Shown in pieces: positions 38,599 through 51,984 of a stretch of 64,000 nt of DNA; the first letter of the stretch is position 1, and every line of letters starts with the position of its first letter. Origin of the DNA: Leptogorgia sarmentosa (Eukaryota); contig OZ210885.1 of assembly GCA_964658305.1 (NCBI GenBank), positions 20,460,001-20,524,000 of the forward strand, read 5' to 3'. The notes below the pieces were generated by a model, which had not been told where the DNA came from, did no database searches, and worked only from the letters and a program-made list of their open reading frames with translations. A program made the translations under genes and the position numbers.

Positions 38599-41500
38599 CT
38601 ATTGATTGTAACGAATAGGTTGATTTTGGCGGGTTTTGTTAGCAATTTTCTTGAGTCTTTCCTGTTCTTTAACTCTGTATTTGAGTGTTTGTAATTGTTT
38701 TATAGAAGTAAGTCGATCAAACGTGATGGGTTCAATTATTAAGGAGGATAGATTACGAACTCGGCTTAGAGCGACATATGTCATCCCAACTGTTAACTCT
38801 TTTTTCCCTACATTAACCCATGCGTAATCCAATGTCATTCCTTGACTTTTATGGATAGTTAATGCCCAGGCAAGAGTCAATGGTAATTGTTGTCATTCAT
38901 GGATAGTTTTTTCAGTGTTAATACCTGCAGTAACTGGTGTGATAGGAACAAACGATTTTCTATTGAAAAATGACGGCCCAATATAATCATCGAATTTAAC
39001 AATTACAGCAATTGGTAAACTAGGCGGGGTGTGATTAGGTGTGTATATTATATCGATCACCGTTCCGGTCGATCCATTGCAAAGACCAGCAGAGGGCCAG
39101 AGATTCATAGTCAACATGACTTTAGCACCTTTGCAGAGAAATATTGATGGTTGCAGACCAAAAAGTTGTCGAGGACTTATATTCTTAGCTTTGGTACTCG
39201 AATGACGAGGATTTATCATAGCAATGGGAGCATTCAACTTTGTCAATTGTTCGTAATTATAACTTGCCACATCTTTATTATTGTAAAATAATCTCGTCGC
39301 CGTATTGAAATTGTCTAGGTTTTTCACTTTGCTTGGTTGTCTATCAAGTATTTTTTTCCAATCATCAATAGTCGATTGACCATTTCTCAATCTACCCAAG
39401 AGATCTCGGAAAGATTGTTGACTGGATTCTAGGCCGGTTACTCTTTGATTTTTTGTTAATTCAACAACTTTCTTAAACATGGAGTACGCTATAAAACCTT
39501 GTTGACCTATGTCATTTGATGGTTTGGAGTGAAATAGCGGTTTGTCACCAACAGGTGGCAATTGACCATTGTCCCCAGTTAAAATAATTGACTTCCCACC
39601 AAAAATTTCTTGTTTTAGTCCGGTTGCTTGTCTACACCTGCGATCTATCCATCCCATTGTGTTCTGACCAAGCATGGAGTACTCATCTATAATAATGTAC
39701 TCAACATCAGCTAATGATTCTTGTAACGCAACAAGACATTGCCCAGATAAATCCTTATGGGAAGTGGGCAATACGGGTAGCTTAAGAAGAGAATAAATTG
39801 TAATACCGTTGATGTTAAAGGCTGCTTTTCCAGCTGTTGCCGTAACAACACATTTCTCTTGAAAGAAATTTCGTACGGCATTAATTAAATCACTTTTCCC
39901 AGTCCCAGCTTCTCCAGTAATAATTAGTAAAAGGGGGTCTGTAGATTTCGCATCCGCATGATTTAATATAATATTATATGCGAGGTTTTGTTCTTCACTA
40001 AAGTGTGTGCTATCAACAGGATGATAGTCAAATTGCAGTTGTGGATTATCCCTCTTTTGTGTTTCAATCCACTTTGGCATTTGAGATATTTCTTGTTGAT
40101 TATACTTTGTTTGATCTGATGACCAATCATGAACTTCATCAGAAGAAGGGTGTTCACTTGTCCTATTATTGTGTAGTTCAGCAATTATCATCCAGTCGTC
40201 TTGAGTTTGTGACTCAGGGGGAACAGGGTCATTTTTTGTTTCAACACTATGTTCCAAGGAACCTTGCAATTTTTCTTCCCAATTAGGCACATACTTTTTG
40301 GCATAGGAAGAGTTTAAAAAATCTCTCCAAGCAGAAATGTAATTACTATCGCATGGCTCCAAATGTCCCCAAGCAGCATTTTCTGAGTCTACCCATGGTT
40401 TGTACTTAAGTAGCTGATATTTTCAATATAATCCATAAGTTTTACTTTTAGGATTTGGTGAGTAATTTGGGAACGTTCTAGCCACAACATTTTGTTGCTG
40501 ATTTTGCAATTTTTTATTTACTACTTTGAACTGCGTTGCAAAATTGACCAAATTTAAATTAAGTATATTTGGATAAATCTGTTGAAAAACATTTCTCTTA
40601 GCATAAGAATCTAACAATGAGTCTTTAGTGCAGTATTCAGATTTGTTTGTTTTAGTCTCAACTCTTCGTGATCCATTTAAATTCACAGGTATGACATGAA
40701 AAGTGGAGCTGTGCAACTTGAGTGATAGCAATAGGTGCATTGTTTCTTGGGCACCATAGTCTCTTTCACCAAGTGATTTTATCATTATCTTTTTCACAGC
40801 TTTAGCAGTATTTGGAATTGCGTCTTCACTACTCATAATACCACTAAATGCATCATTAAGTATGGTGGATCTAGGCTCACCTTTAGCTGCATATTTACAC
40901 AAATACTCAACACATGCATGATAGTCAACTATGACCTGTATGTCACAATTTGCCCTCCAACCCTGCAATTGGATTTTTTGATGATTGTTTAGTCTTGGAT
41001 CATTTCTTTTAGTTATTAATTTGGCTCTATACAAGACAGATTCTTTCTTAGTATTAACTGGTTCAAATGTCAATTTGGTTTGGTCGCAGCAGTCAAAAGG
41101 GTACTTAAAGCGACACTGCAGTTCTTTCGAGCCTGATATGTATTTCAAACAATATTTGGTGCTACAATGCGTATGTCTCTGCACTGTGTTTAGAAGATCT
41201 ATATAGTCAGACTCTGTTTCGGTTTGAGGAATTTCGTTATATCGTCTGCAACATGGATGAACTTTAGGTTTTTGCCAAGTTCCTTCATTAGGAAATTGCG
41301 GGTTCCACGTTGACAACAACGAATCAACATAATTGCAAACAGTTTTGGATGCTTTTTGCGCCTGTTCTAAGATTAAACTTGAATTCGAGTCAAACTCGGT
41401 TTCTTTAATCAAATGGCCTTGTAACGCTATCTCAGTTAGATTGCAAAGCCCTGGGTCGTGTTTTAATTTTGCCATGCCGTGACAGTGAATGCTACCCCTA

Positions 41501-44157
41501 GCTTGGAATTCATAGCGATACCAATGCCATTCTGCACCTAGAGTGTCGTACAACCAGTGTTTAATGAAGCTCTCTATGCGTTTAGTGAAATACCAATCTA
41601 CAAGATGTGGATAGCTATGCACATTTTCCATTTTTTCTCTTGCGGAAATATCATGAGGGTGCATATAAAAGAGTGAATGGAGTTCAGGCCAATGCAAGTC
41701 TGCTGCTGAGAATGTAAAAAATATGGTAGGTGCTCCTTTCTGGGAAATAATTGCTTTTAGATCTTCGCGAATTTTGAACCAATAAGAGGGGCTACCTGTT
41801 ATGTTACCGACATATCTTGAAAGTTTTGACATAAATGTGTATGAATCATTTGCATTTGACATGTCTTTTAGTTGATCAATTGTAAGATGTGCCTCAGCAG
41901 GATTTTGCTTAAGAAAAATTGCTGATTGCTGTAGAGCTCGTCTTCTCTGAATCATATCAAGAGCCCAATACGAGAATCGTGGGTGTGATGCAAATCGATA
42001 AACCCATTTATTGTCATTTTTCTCAGCAAATTTAATAAGATGTTGTACCTTATTGCTAAAAGTAATGTCATGCAGTAAACATGGATTGGTTGGATCACCT
42101 CTAGCATCTGGAAATAATGAGGGAAAAGCCATTGTTGCAAGAAAAGGTGTACTATACTCATTTAACGGTTCATCACCCAACGATGGCCAATTCATAACTG
42201 AAGTATCTAAAGTTTTCTTTATAGCTTCGTTTTCCAGTTGGCTATTAATACTGACTGGTAAAAAACTGTGTGCACTTTCATCTATTGGATCAATCTCATT
42301 GCTTTCATATAAACCATTATGCTGTGTATCATTATTTATAATCGAAGTATCCAATGCATCAGTTTCACTTTCTATCTGCTTTAAATCTTCAGGAACACCA
42401 TGGCTAGGTAATTCATCAAGCACACCTCTATCAACACGAACATGATGATATAGAGGATTGTGCTTAATTAACCAATACAAAGCCTCTTCAACCTTAGTTT
42501 TTCTGACAGTGACATCTTTCAGATAGTTATTTCCCTTAACTTTAACAAAAATCAAAGCAATATCTTTTGGACAACGAGGCAAAGTCAGAGCTAACTCTTC
42601 AACTTTTTGAGGTAAATTAACGCAATGTCCTTTGTAGCCTCTTTGGCCACCAGCATTGATAAAAACCTTCATAATAGGAAGTGCTCGCGAAATTAGCATT
42701 TCTTCAATCTGAGTCAAATTTTGCAACTCTGAAGGTACAGCTGAAGGAATCATAAAATTATCCACAGAAAAGACCTTCGGGGTTTTTTTGTCTCTAGAGC
42801 ATCTAAGACAAGTATAGGCAGTTGCACACTTAGGTATTGTTTTTAGAGGCCATGCTTCTTTGCAAATTATGCATTGGTAAATAACATAATGAATAGATTT
42901 ATGAAATTTAGCATTACTCTTATTAGCTTGAGTGGAAAAGATGTTAAAGTCAGGAAAGCCATTGTTACAAAATTGGGTTTCTTGTGTTTCACCACCAGTT
43001 TTATTATTATTTAAAAGATTATGTTGCTCATGCACACATTTTTCTGTTTCACTGCAGTCGAATGATGTCTTATGCGGATTTCTACCAGAGTTGACTATGG
43101 TTTGACGTAGACTAGCCTCAGTGGGACAAGCATTTAAAACAACATCATAATGTACCCCATTAGTGTGGTTTAAATAAATTGCACAAGTGCAGTTTGGTTG
43201 TTTTCCATTTAAAACTGTGCTGGAAAATTTTTGCCACTTGAAACATTGTCCAACTTTGGTATAAACATAAATATCTGTTGACAACAATGAACATGCAGTA
43301 AAAATTTCAATGTCAGTTCCCCAAGTTCCAATATTAGCCATTCCACTTTGCTCCAGATATGAAACAAGTGACATGTTCGTATGTGGAAACAGTAAATTTT
43401 CAATCTCTATCATATGTTGAATAATTTTACTGCGAATATCAGCATGATATGACTGCGTACCAGTTATAACATATGATAATGCACGGAAAAGACAATTGCC
43501 ATCACCTAGGATTGGGTGCACTTTTGAAGGTTCATGTAACAATAATTTCACATCATGACAATGTAATACATAATCTGTTAAAGGTAAATTCAATAAAGTG
43601 CTCAAATTTTTCTGAGTGGTTTTATCTATAGGATTGAATGGAAAAATTCCAGATGAATTTATGTTACTATCAGTAACCTTACAATCACTGTCATCATTAT
43701 TACTGAGTGAAGAATGCTTTGCCTTCTTTGTGGATTGATATGTCATAAAACATTCATTAGCGGTACCTTCAAAACAGTTTTTTCTCTTTTTTGGCTGACT
43801 TTTAGAAACAAATAATGTACTCTTGTCGGATAAAATGCCACTAACATTTAAGACAACATCATAATGAACCCCACTTGTATGATGCAAATAAATAGCACAT
43901 TCGTTACTAGGTGATGTTCCATTTAACATTGTAGTAGAAAATTTTTGCCACTTAAAACATTGTCCAACTTTGGTATAAACAAAAATATCTGTAGATAACA
44001 GTGAACATGCAGTAAAAATTTCAATGTCACTTCCCCAAGTTCCCACACCATGCCTTACCTCAGCCAATAGAGGCAAGTTAACAAATTTGCACATTAACTC
44101 CTGGGAATTCTTATTAATTGGATTAAAGCAAAAGCTATCAATCAGTTTATGGGACAT
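38599..44157 (-). pseudogene. Helitron RepHel: OTU protease, HUH Rep and PIF1 helicase (1853 codons, two in-frame stops)
   Basis: Three ORFs in one frame. OTU GDGNCLFRALS..WG..HYDVV; Rep FFTFSAAD, YEFQARGSIHCHG, YLCKYAAK; helicase GEAGTGKS, IIDEYSM, GDNGQLPPV, TIHKSQG, YVALSR. TGA at 40423 and 38893. Confidence 0.95.
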
Positions 44158-44368
44158 TATTGTTATACCTGGTATGCGTACTTCTAATAGTACTATTTAG
44201 TATTAAAATATTTGGTAGAAAAATTTAACTTACAGATTTTTTCCACAATGTATAACTTTTTCCACAATTTTTTCTTGATTGCTACAAAAAAAAGCTCAAT
44301 ATCAATTTAACAATGCAGTTTTCACACTTTGTTATGGAAACATAAATCAAAAGAAACATGAAAACACA

Positions 44369-44783
44369 GACAAAAAATGTGGCGCAATTACAGCACCAAT
44401 ACAACTCGAGTCAGCAAACTATAATAACTGACAAAAAATGTGGCGCAATTACAGCACCAAAATACAACTCGAGTCAGCAAACTAATAACTGACAAAAAAC
44501 GTGGCGCAGTTACAGCACCAAAATACAACTTGAGTCAGCAAACTAATAACTGACAAAAAATGTGGCGCAATTACAGCACCAATACAACTCGAGTCAGCAA
44601 ACTAATAACTGACAAAAAACGTGGCGCAATTACAGCATCAAAATACAACTTGAGTCAGCAAACTAATAACTGACAAAAAATGTGGCGCAATTACAGCACC
44701 AAAATACAACTCGAGTCAGCAAACTAATAACTGACAAAAAATGTGGCGCAATTACAGCACCAAAATACAACTTGAGTCAGCAA
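44369..44783. repeat. 61-bp tandem repeat, ~7 copies
   Basis: gacaaaaaatgtggcgcaattacagcaccaaaatacaactcgagtcagcaaactaataact units with no spacers. Confidence 0.95.
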
Positions 44784-46647
44784 CTGGGGACTGACAAATC
44801 TCACCTTAGAACTGTTCCAAAAATCAACCTAAAAATAAGAAAATAGTTAAACAGAACAGTGGTATGTAAACTGTAATATTGTTAACAGTAATATTTTTTT
44901 TGGTTCGAGGACTATTATTAAATAAATATTATACATCAAATTTAAATGTCCAATAAAAAAAATCGTAGCTATTTCTATCACGTGATGGGGTGATATTTGC
45001 AGTTATTTTGCTTAGAAGGTGAGATATTTGCCTACTGTATCTCACTTTTAAAGATCTTATATTGCCATGACAATGTTTTACACGCATGAATTAGACAGAC
45101 ACAAAAAATCTTTAAAATATCGCATAAGCTGTAATGAATTGGTGAATAGGACAAAGAAATTAAAACAATTTTACAAGAAAAACACGCCCAAAATACAAAG
45201 AAAACAATAAAATCTGCTATTGGAACCTTCCAAAACGCAGTTGGAGATTTGCAAAGAGCCGAAAAGGGAAAAGTAAGCGGTAAGCCTGTGAAATCTTGAT
45301 GAGAGCTTGGCAAGTTTATTATGGTTTATAATAAATGAATGCAGTATGCGTATATAAACAACATGCATGCATGGTCGTTTTGTCGGTTTACTTGTATGAG
45401 TCGACTTTAATAGGATTGAAGTGATATTAAAATCATCTCTGACATGTAAATCTTTTCTAATAGCTCTTTATAAACATAAAAATTGACAAACTGAATAAAA
45501 TCTTTTCAATCTTTGTAAACTGTAAAGATATATAATTCTGAGCCAATCATGCTCAAACTTCGCATGTGCGGCAATAGCAGGCCAATTCTTCAATAGCGAA
45601 AATGACCGAAATTTTCAATTGAGACATAACTCCTTTCAGATTAATTTTTCTTTCAATCGCAGCTAGGTAGCGTTGATTTCCAATAGAAAACGTTTGGTCC
45701 GTACAAGAACAAACCGGAAGAGTTTGCTTTTACAGACAAATAGATTGAATTTTCAGTCATTTGAATTTAGAGTCCGGCGAGAGTTCCAAAAAACGTAAAA
45801 AAATCGCGAGCCGCAAAAAATTATTTGGTATAGTTACAATGTATTGAATTGAAATGCATTGATGAAATTATTAATTCGGAGGGATAACTGTTAGGTAACG
45901 CAATAACAATGTTTTCCTCATTAAGACGTACACCTCCGTAAATTAGGTCTATATAGTCTTATAGTTTCGAAATCATATAATTATGGCAATGCCAATGCCA
46001 ATGCATCTGTATAGAAAAGTATTATATGCAAGTAATCCAAAATTACTGATAATCTAACCACTAAAAACCATACAATAAAACAAAGATATAATTAGCATAC
46101 CTTGAAATTGGTGAAAAACAAAGGAAAATGATCTTCCTGAGAACAAGGTATCGTTGCTGTTGACCAACCAACTATATATATTCTATATAAATTATTCCAA
46201 CTCACACAACTTCGAATTGACTTATATAGCGTCTTCTCCCAAGCAAGTAGATCTGCACATCTCACTTCAACCGTAGCTTATATAGTGTATCACAGAGCAG
46301 AATAGAATTGCAAGGTGTTAAGATGGTTTTGATTGGTCGGCTCAATTTTTCCGGATACAGTATTGCCAGGAGAGTATTGTAGTAAATTCAATGGACACTT
46401 ACAAACTTACATGTGCATGCATTCCGGATATAAAGGTTTTAAAAGTGTTATAGTAAGGTGTGGCATGACATTTTGTGAAAGGGAAAAAGTTATAAAAGTA
46501 TTAAAGTTTGCACCAGCTTAAATTATAATAGCATGCCAACTCATACAAATGTGTCTTGATAGGATTGGCGGCAAAAGTTTAATCCTTAATCTGGTGCTGG
46601 GGAATTCTTAAAAGGAGACGGATTGGAATAAATCGAAAAAACCTTGC

Positions 46648-49600
46648 CTTTACCAAATCGGCGGTAAAAGTGTTACATTCCTATTAAAAGTGGTTTTCAG
46701 AGTTTTCATGGTTTCCTTACAAACAGTGGCCACTGGTTTTGTCCAAGGGTTTGATTGTTTAATACTTGGCCCTTCAAAATTATATACTGCTGTGCATTAT
46801 TATATCCTTAGCGAAAACCCAATCTTTCGTCTATGAACAATATGCCTCGTCCAATTATATCTACCTTTTATTACACTATAACGTAATAAGTGATATTCAT
46901 ACATTTTATTCTGTGTTATGCTAGTGAAACCAGTTCAATTAGTTTACAATCCAAGCATAAAAATTTTCTGCTCTGGCGTTTTAACTGACGTAGAATTCTT
47001 GGGCTAATTAGAGAGTTAAAAGCATTTAAATTCGAACATGGACATGCTCAAATCAAAACGGTAGCCTTTTTAGGGATGCACTGTACAGGGGTCCTAAAAA
47101 AGTACCATTTATAGAAATCATACAATCCCGCTAGCTTAAGTTATAACACATGCCAACTTATAAAATTATATGCAGCTAGCTTCATCAGATTACTTGGCAA
47201 CAAAAGTGAATTAGCCTTGAGCTTGGTTTTCCTGAAGGAAAACGGATACAAATAAGTTGAAGAGAAAACTTTTATAATTTTAGCAAAAGTGAAAATTACA
47301 ATTAGCATGAATTTTAAGACAGCTATACTACAGATTGACGGTAAGATACGGTTATGCTGTTCTAACTAAAATGTATGCCTCTTCTCATATTTCATTTCAA
47401 CAGTGAGTACTACCAGCTTTCGCCCTCATTTAAATTTTGAGATGCAGAATTTCGTCGAATTTTTATTCAATGCTTTCTAATTGAGCGATTATTCATATAA
47501 AACGATCATCAGCGACACTGATTTGAAAATCCGACATCACAAGTGTACGCATAGTGGAACAATTTTACTGTCCTTCAACATCATAAAACAGTACTGATGA
47601 TTTTTAGCAGCATGCAAATTGCGACTTGTAATGGTAGTGCAAGGCACAAAAATAGAAAATCCAAATCATTCAGCATTCTATATTATTCCTTCCAAGTACT
47701 TTAACAGTAATTTGCAATAAGAGGATTAGTTTTTATAATCACCACTATTAACGTAAATTTGACAGCGGCTTTACCAAATCGGCGGTAAAAGTGTTACATT
47801 CCTATTAAAAGTGGTTTTTAGAGTTTTCATGATTTCCTTACAACAGTGGCCACTGGTTTTGTCCAAATGTTTGATTGAAATGTTTGATTAATACTTGGCC
47901 CTTAAAAATTATATTCTGCATTATTATATCCTTAGCGAAAACCGAATCTTTCGTCTGAGAACAATATATATGCCTCGTCCAATTATATCTACCTTTTATT
48001 ACACTATAACGTAATAAGTGACATTCATACATTTTATTCTGTGTTATGCTAGTGGAACCAGTTCAATTAGTTTACAATGCAAGCATAAAAATTTTCTGCT
48101 CTGGCGTGTTTTAACTGACGTAGCATTCTTGGGCTAATTAGGGAGTTAAAAGCATTTAAATCCGAACATGGACATGCTCAAATTAAAACGGTAACCTTTT
48201 TAGGGATGCACTGTACCGGGGTGCTAAAAAATGATCATTTATAGAAGTCAGCTCATTTGTTGCATTTATGCATCAGAATTGAATTGAAATTATTCAATGG
48301 TAGCTACATAAATGAAAGAAGTGTTTGCAACAATTAACACTGTCATGTTTGTGTCGTAGTTCGTCAGAGGTGTAATAATTCGAGATTAAATACAAGAGTT
48401 ATTTGTAGAGGGTACTTTTTTGGGGATACCCTGTGTATGTAACGTGTTATATAGTGAGGTATCGTAAAAGAAAAAAGCAACGTAATTCATACAATCCCGC
48501 TAGCTTAAGTTATAACACATGCCAACTTATAAAATTAATTATATGCAGCTAGCTTCATCGGATTACTTGGCGAAAAAAGTGTATTAGCCTTGAGCTTAGT
48601 TTTCCTGAAGGGAAACGGATACGAATAAGTTGGAAAGAAAACTTTTATAATTTTAGCAAAAGTGAAAATTACAATCAGCATGAATTTTAAGACAGCTATA
48701 CTACAGATTGACGGTAAGATACGGTTATGCTGTTCTAACTAAAATGTATGCCTCTTCTCATATTTCATTTCAACAGTGAGTACTACCAGCTTTCGCCCTC
48801 ATTTAAATTTAGAGATGCAGAATTTCGTCGAATTTTTATTCAATGCTTTCTAATTGAGCGATTATTCATATAAAACGATCATCAGCGACACTGATTTGAA
48901 AATCCGACGACACTAGTGTACCGCATGGTGGAACAATTTTACTGTCCTTCAACATCATAAAACAGTACTGATGATTTTTAGCAGCATGCAAATTGCGACT
49001 TGTAATGGTAGTGCAAGGCACAAAAATAGAAAATCCAAATCATTCAGCATTGTATATAATTCCTTCCAAGTACTTTAACAGTAATTTGTAATAAGAGGAT
49101 TAGTTTTTATTATCACCACTATTAATGTAAATTTGATAGCGGCTTTACCAAATCGGCGGTAAAAGTGTTACATTCCTATTAAAAGTGGTTTTCAGAGTTT
49201 TCATGGTTTCCTTATAACAGTGGCCACTGGTTTTGTCAAAGGGTTTGATTGTTTAATACTTGGCCCTTCAAAATTATATACTGCTGTGCATTATTATATC
49301 CTTGGCGAAAACCGAATCTTTTGTCTGAGAACAATATATGCCTCGTCCAACTACCTTTTATTACACTATAACGTAATAAGTGATATTCATACATTTTATT
49401 CTGTGTTATGCTAGTGGAACCAGTTCAATTAGTTTACAATGCAAGCATAAAAAATTTCTGCTCTGGCGTTTTAACTGACGTAGCATTCTTGGGCTAATTA
49501 GGGAGTTAAAAGCATTTAAATTCGAACATGGACATGCTCAAAACGGTAACCTTTTTAGGGATGCACTGTACAGGGGTGCTAAAAAATGATCATTTATAGA

Positions 49601-49833
49601 AATCAGCTCATTTGTTGCATTTATGCATCAGAATTGAATTGAAAACAATTTTACTGTCCTTCAACATCACAAAACAGTACTGATGATTTTTAGCAGCATG
49701 CAAATTGCAACTTGTAATGGTAGTGCAAGGCACAAAAATAGAAAATCAAAATCATTCAGCATTTGAAGTATATAATTCCTTCCAAGTACTTTAAGAGTAA
49801 TTCGTAATAAGAGGATTAATTTTTATAATCACC
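46648..49833. repeat. Long tandem repeat, three copies of a ~1.4-kb unit with different deletions
   Basis: ctttaccaaatcggcggtaaaagtg starts at 46648, 47769 and 49143; copy lengths 1121, 1374 and ~690 bp. Confidence 0.92.
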
Positions 49834-49896
49834 AACGGAATTTTCTGTGGAGATAACAACCAGAAATGAAACACATGCATGACATGAAATCCATGC

Positions 49897-50395
49897 TCGA
49901 CCGAGAAATACAAAATTTGAAACCTGTCGACCGAGAAATACAAATTTAAAACCTGTCGACCGAGAAATACAAATTTAAAACCTGTCGCCTGTCGACCGAG
50001 AAATACAAATTTAAAACCTGTCGCCTGTCGACCGAGAAATACAAATTTAAAACCTGTCGACCGAGAAATACAAATTTAAAACCTGTAGACCGAGAAATAC
50101 AAATTTAAAACCTGTCGACCAAGAAATACATAATATTTGAAACCTGTCGACCGAGAATACAAAATTTCAAACCTGTCGACTTGTCCACCAAGAAATACAA
50201 ATTTAAAACCTGTCGACCGAGAAATACAAATTTAAAACCTGTCAACCGAGAAATACAAATTTTAAACCCGTCGACTGATTATTAAAGGTCAACCGCATGT
50301 CGAACGTCGAAGGAAAAGAAATGATAGCGAGACCACGTTGCACCACAACTGAGAAATACAAAATTTAAAACCTCAGTGTCGACCAAGAAATACAT
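49897..50395. repeat. 29-bp minisatellite, ~12 copies plus degenerate tail
   Basis: gtcgaccgagaaatacaaatttaaaacct; some units carry an extra cctgtcg. Confidence 0.95.
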
Positions 50396-51389
50396 ATTGT
50401 TGCTGGGTATTAAACTGAATTGAAGAGAGTTGTTGCAGGTACCAAAATACAACTTGAGGCAGCAATTATAATTTTAATAAGGTCAGATGTCAGAGATTTA
50501 TCTGATTTGCTTTTAACACGCACGCTGCTGCGATTGTGGAAGACCACTTTCCTAAAAACTTCTGAAGACATTTTTTTTTTTTTTTTCGCACTCTCTCGAA
50601 TTGTTTTTAGTGGTTAGGGTTAGGATGCTACGGTAGTATGGTTAGGGTTAGATTTATGGTTTGGGACTTGTTTATTTTGTGAAAATTACGTGCCAAAGTA
50701 AGTGGGTGCTTCAGTGGATACGGCAGCACTTTCCTTGCGATAGTAACTCCTAGTTTATAGGTCTGCATTGATCTCACGTTTAACAATAATTTACGTCATC
50801 ATGATTAATATTTATGATATTATAATTACTTTAAACAGACATACCTTGTAATCTGGTCGAAGTGCTTCTGCTAAATAAACAAGACCAAAGTACTCGATGG
50901 ATAGATATTCAAAGGATTGAAATTTGGGGTTTCCACAGGCAAAGCGATTCAACGTGCAATTCAAGGGCAATTCACAGGCGATTCAATGTGCGAAAGAACG
51001 GAGAGGTGTCAGAAATTTCATTTAATATTTGCCTACTCACACTCACTGGAATATTCATCCCATCCATTACTGATAATTTACAAACATTACACAAGTTGCT
51101 ATATAGAGGTGTCAGAAATTTGCTATCGGGGATTAAATACCGGAAAAATTACCCGCTCCATTTACCCGCTCCACTTACCCGCTCCCCGCTCCAAATAGAT
51201 AGTACTATGTACATGATCTCTTTTGACACTTTTTGTTGCAAGAAATTTTTACCACCATACTATCACTTTATACTAAAGTGAAAAGTTACTTAAGTCTGTG
51301 TTGTAATAATTTGAATAGTTTTGTTGATATATTGTGCAATCTGTTCTACTTTTAAAGGGTATAATTGATGCATTCAAAAAATTCCTTTT

Positions 51390-51716
51390 TCCCTAAATTT
51401 TATTGGAAGTGAAAAGTTTGTTCAAGAGTATGGTGAACTATTTGTTATGCCAATCAAGCTAAATCAAGATTTTGTGGAGTCGTTCTTTTCATCTCAACGG
51501 CAGATGTGTGGTGGCACGCAAAATATGACAGCATTTGTTTACTCATATAACATCAATGGCTACAGTTGTGCTCAAACAGAAAAGGCTCTTGGGAACAAGC
51601 AAACTAATGTTTACGAAGTACAGGAAACGATGACCTATTTCAACAATGATAACAACCTCCCAAAAAGAAATGAGAACTGTATTTACGATACAGTCAAATG
51701 GTACATTGAAATATAG
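51390..51716 (+). pseudogene. C-terminal remnant of a second P-like transposase
   Basis: KLNQDFVESFFSSQRQMCGGTQNMTAFVY matches the P/THAP9 QD.LE.FF..R..GG...N catalytic-Glu motif; stop ~80 codons later. Confidence 0.75.
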
Positions 51717-51984
51717 CAACTTGTGTAATGTTTGTAAATTATCAGTAATGGATGGGATGAATATTCCAGTGAGTGTGAGTAGGCAAATATTAAATGAAAT
51801 ACCAATCATACCTATCATCTTCAATACCTATCATCTTCAGTGCCCAATGTGTCACATTGCAAAAAACCCGATGGGGCAATGGGGATATTTCTTTTAAGCA
51901 TTTTGCATACACACTTACACACTGTACCAAAAATATTATAATAAAACTTACTTCTTGTTGTATACATTCACACTTTCATATCAT

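Larger units (their letters stand above)
35711..50470 (-). mobile_element. Large Helentron/Helitron2-like rolling-circle transposon (boundaries approximate)
   Basis: RepHel ORF plus downstream OB-fold gene. Candidate 3' end TACCC-TGT-GGGTA-AC-CTAG|T at 35711. The 5' extent is inferred only from a stray copy of the 61-bp repeat unit at ~50441-50470. Confidence 0.6.

Noticed and set aside
44369..44783. CRISPR-like regular array
   Set aside because: Head-to-tail 61-bp units with no unique spacers, no cas genes, eukaryotic context.
49897..50395. 29-bp repeats with a GTCGAC palindrome as CRISPR repeats or iterons
   Set aside because: Units are contiguous with no spacers; an ordinary minisatellite.
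50612..50690. Telomeric TTAGGG-like repeats
   Set aside because: Only 2-4 broken units; the adjacent sequence matches the Mutator-like MITE at 27527-27781, so it is probably a MITE fragment.
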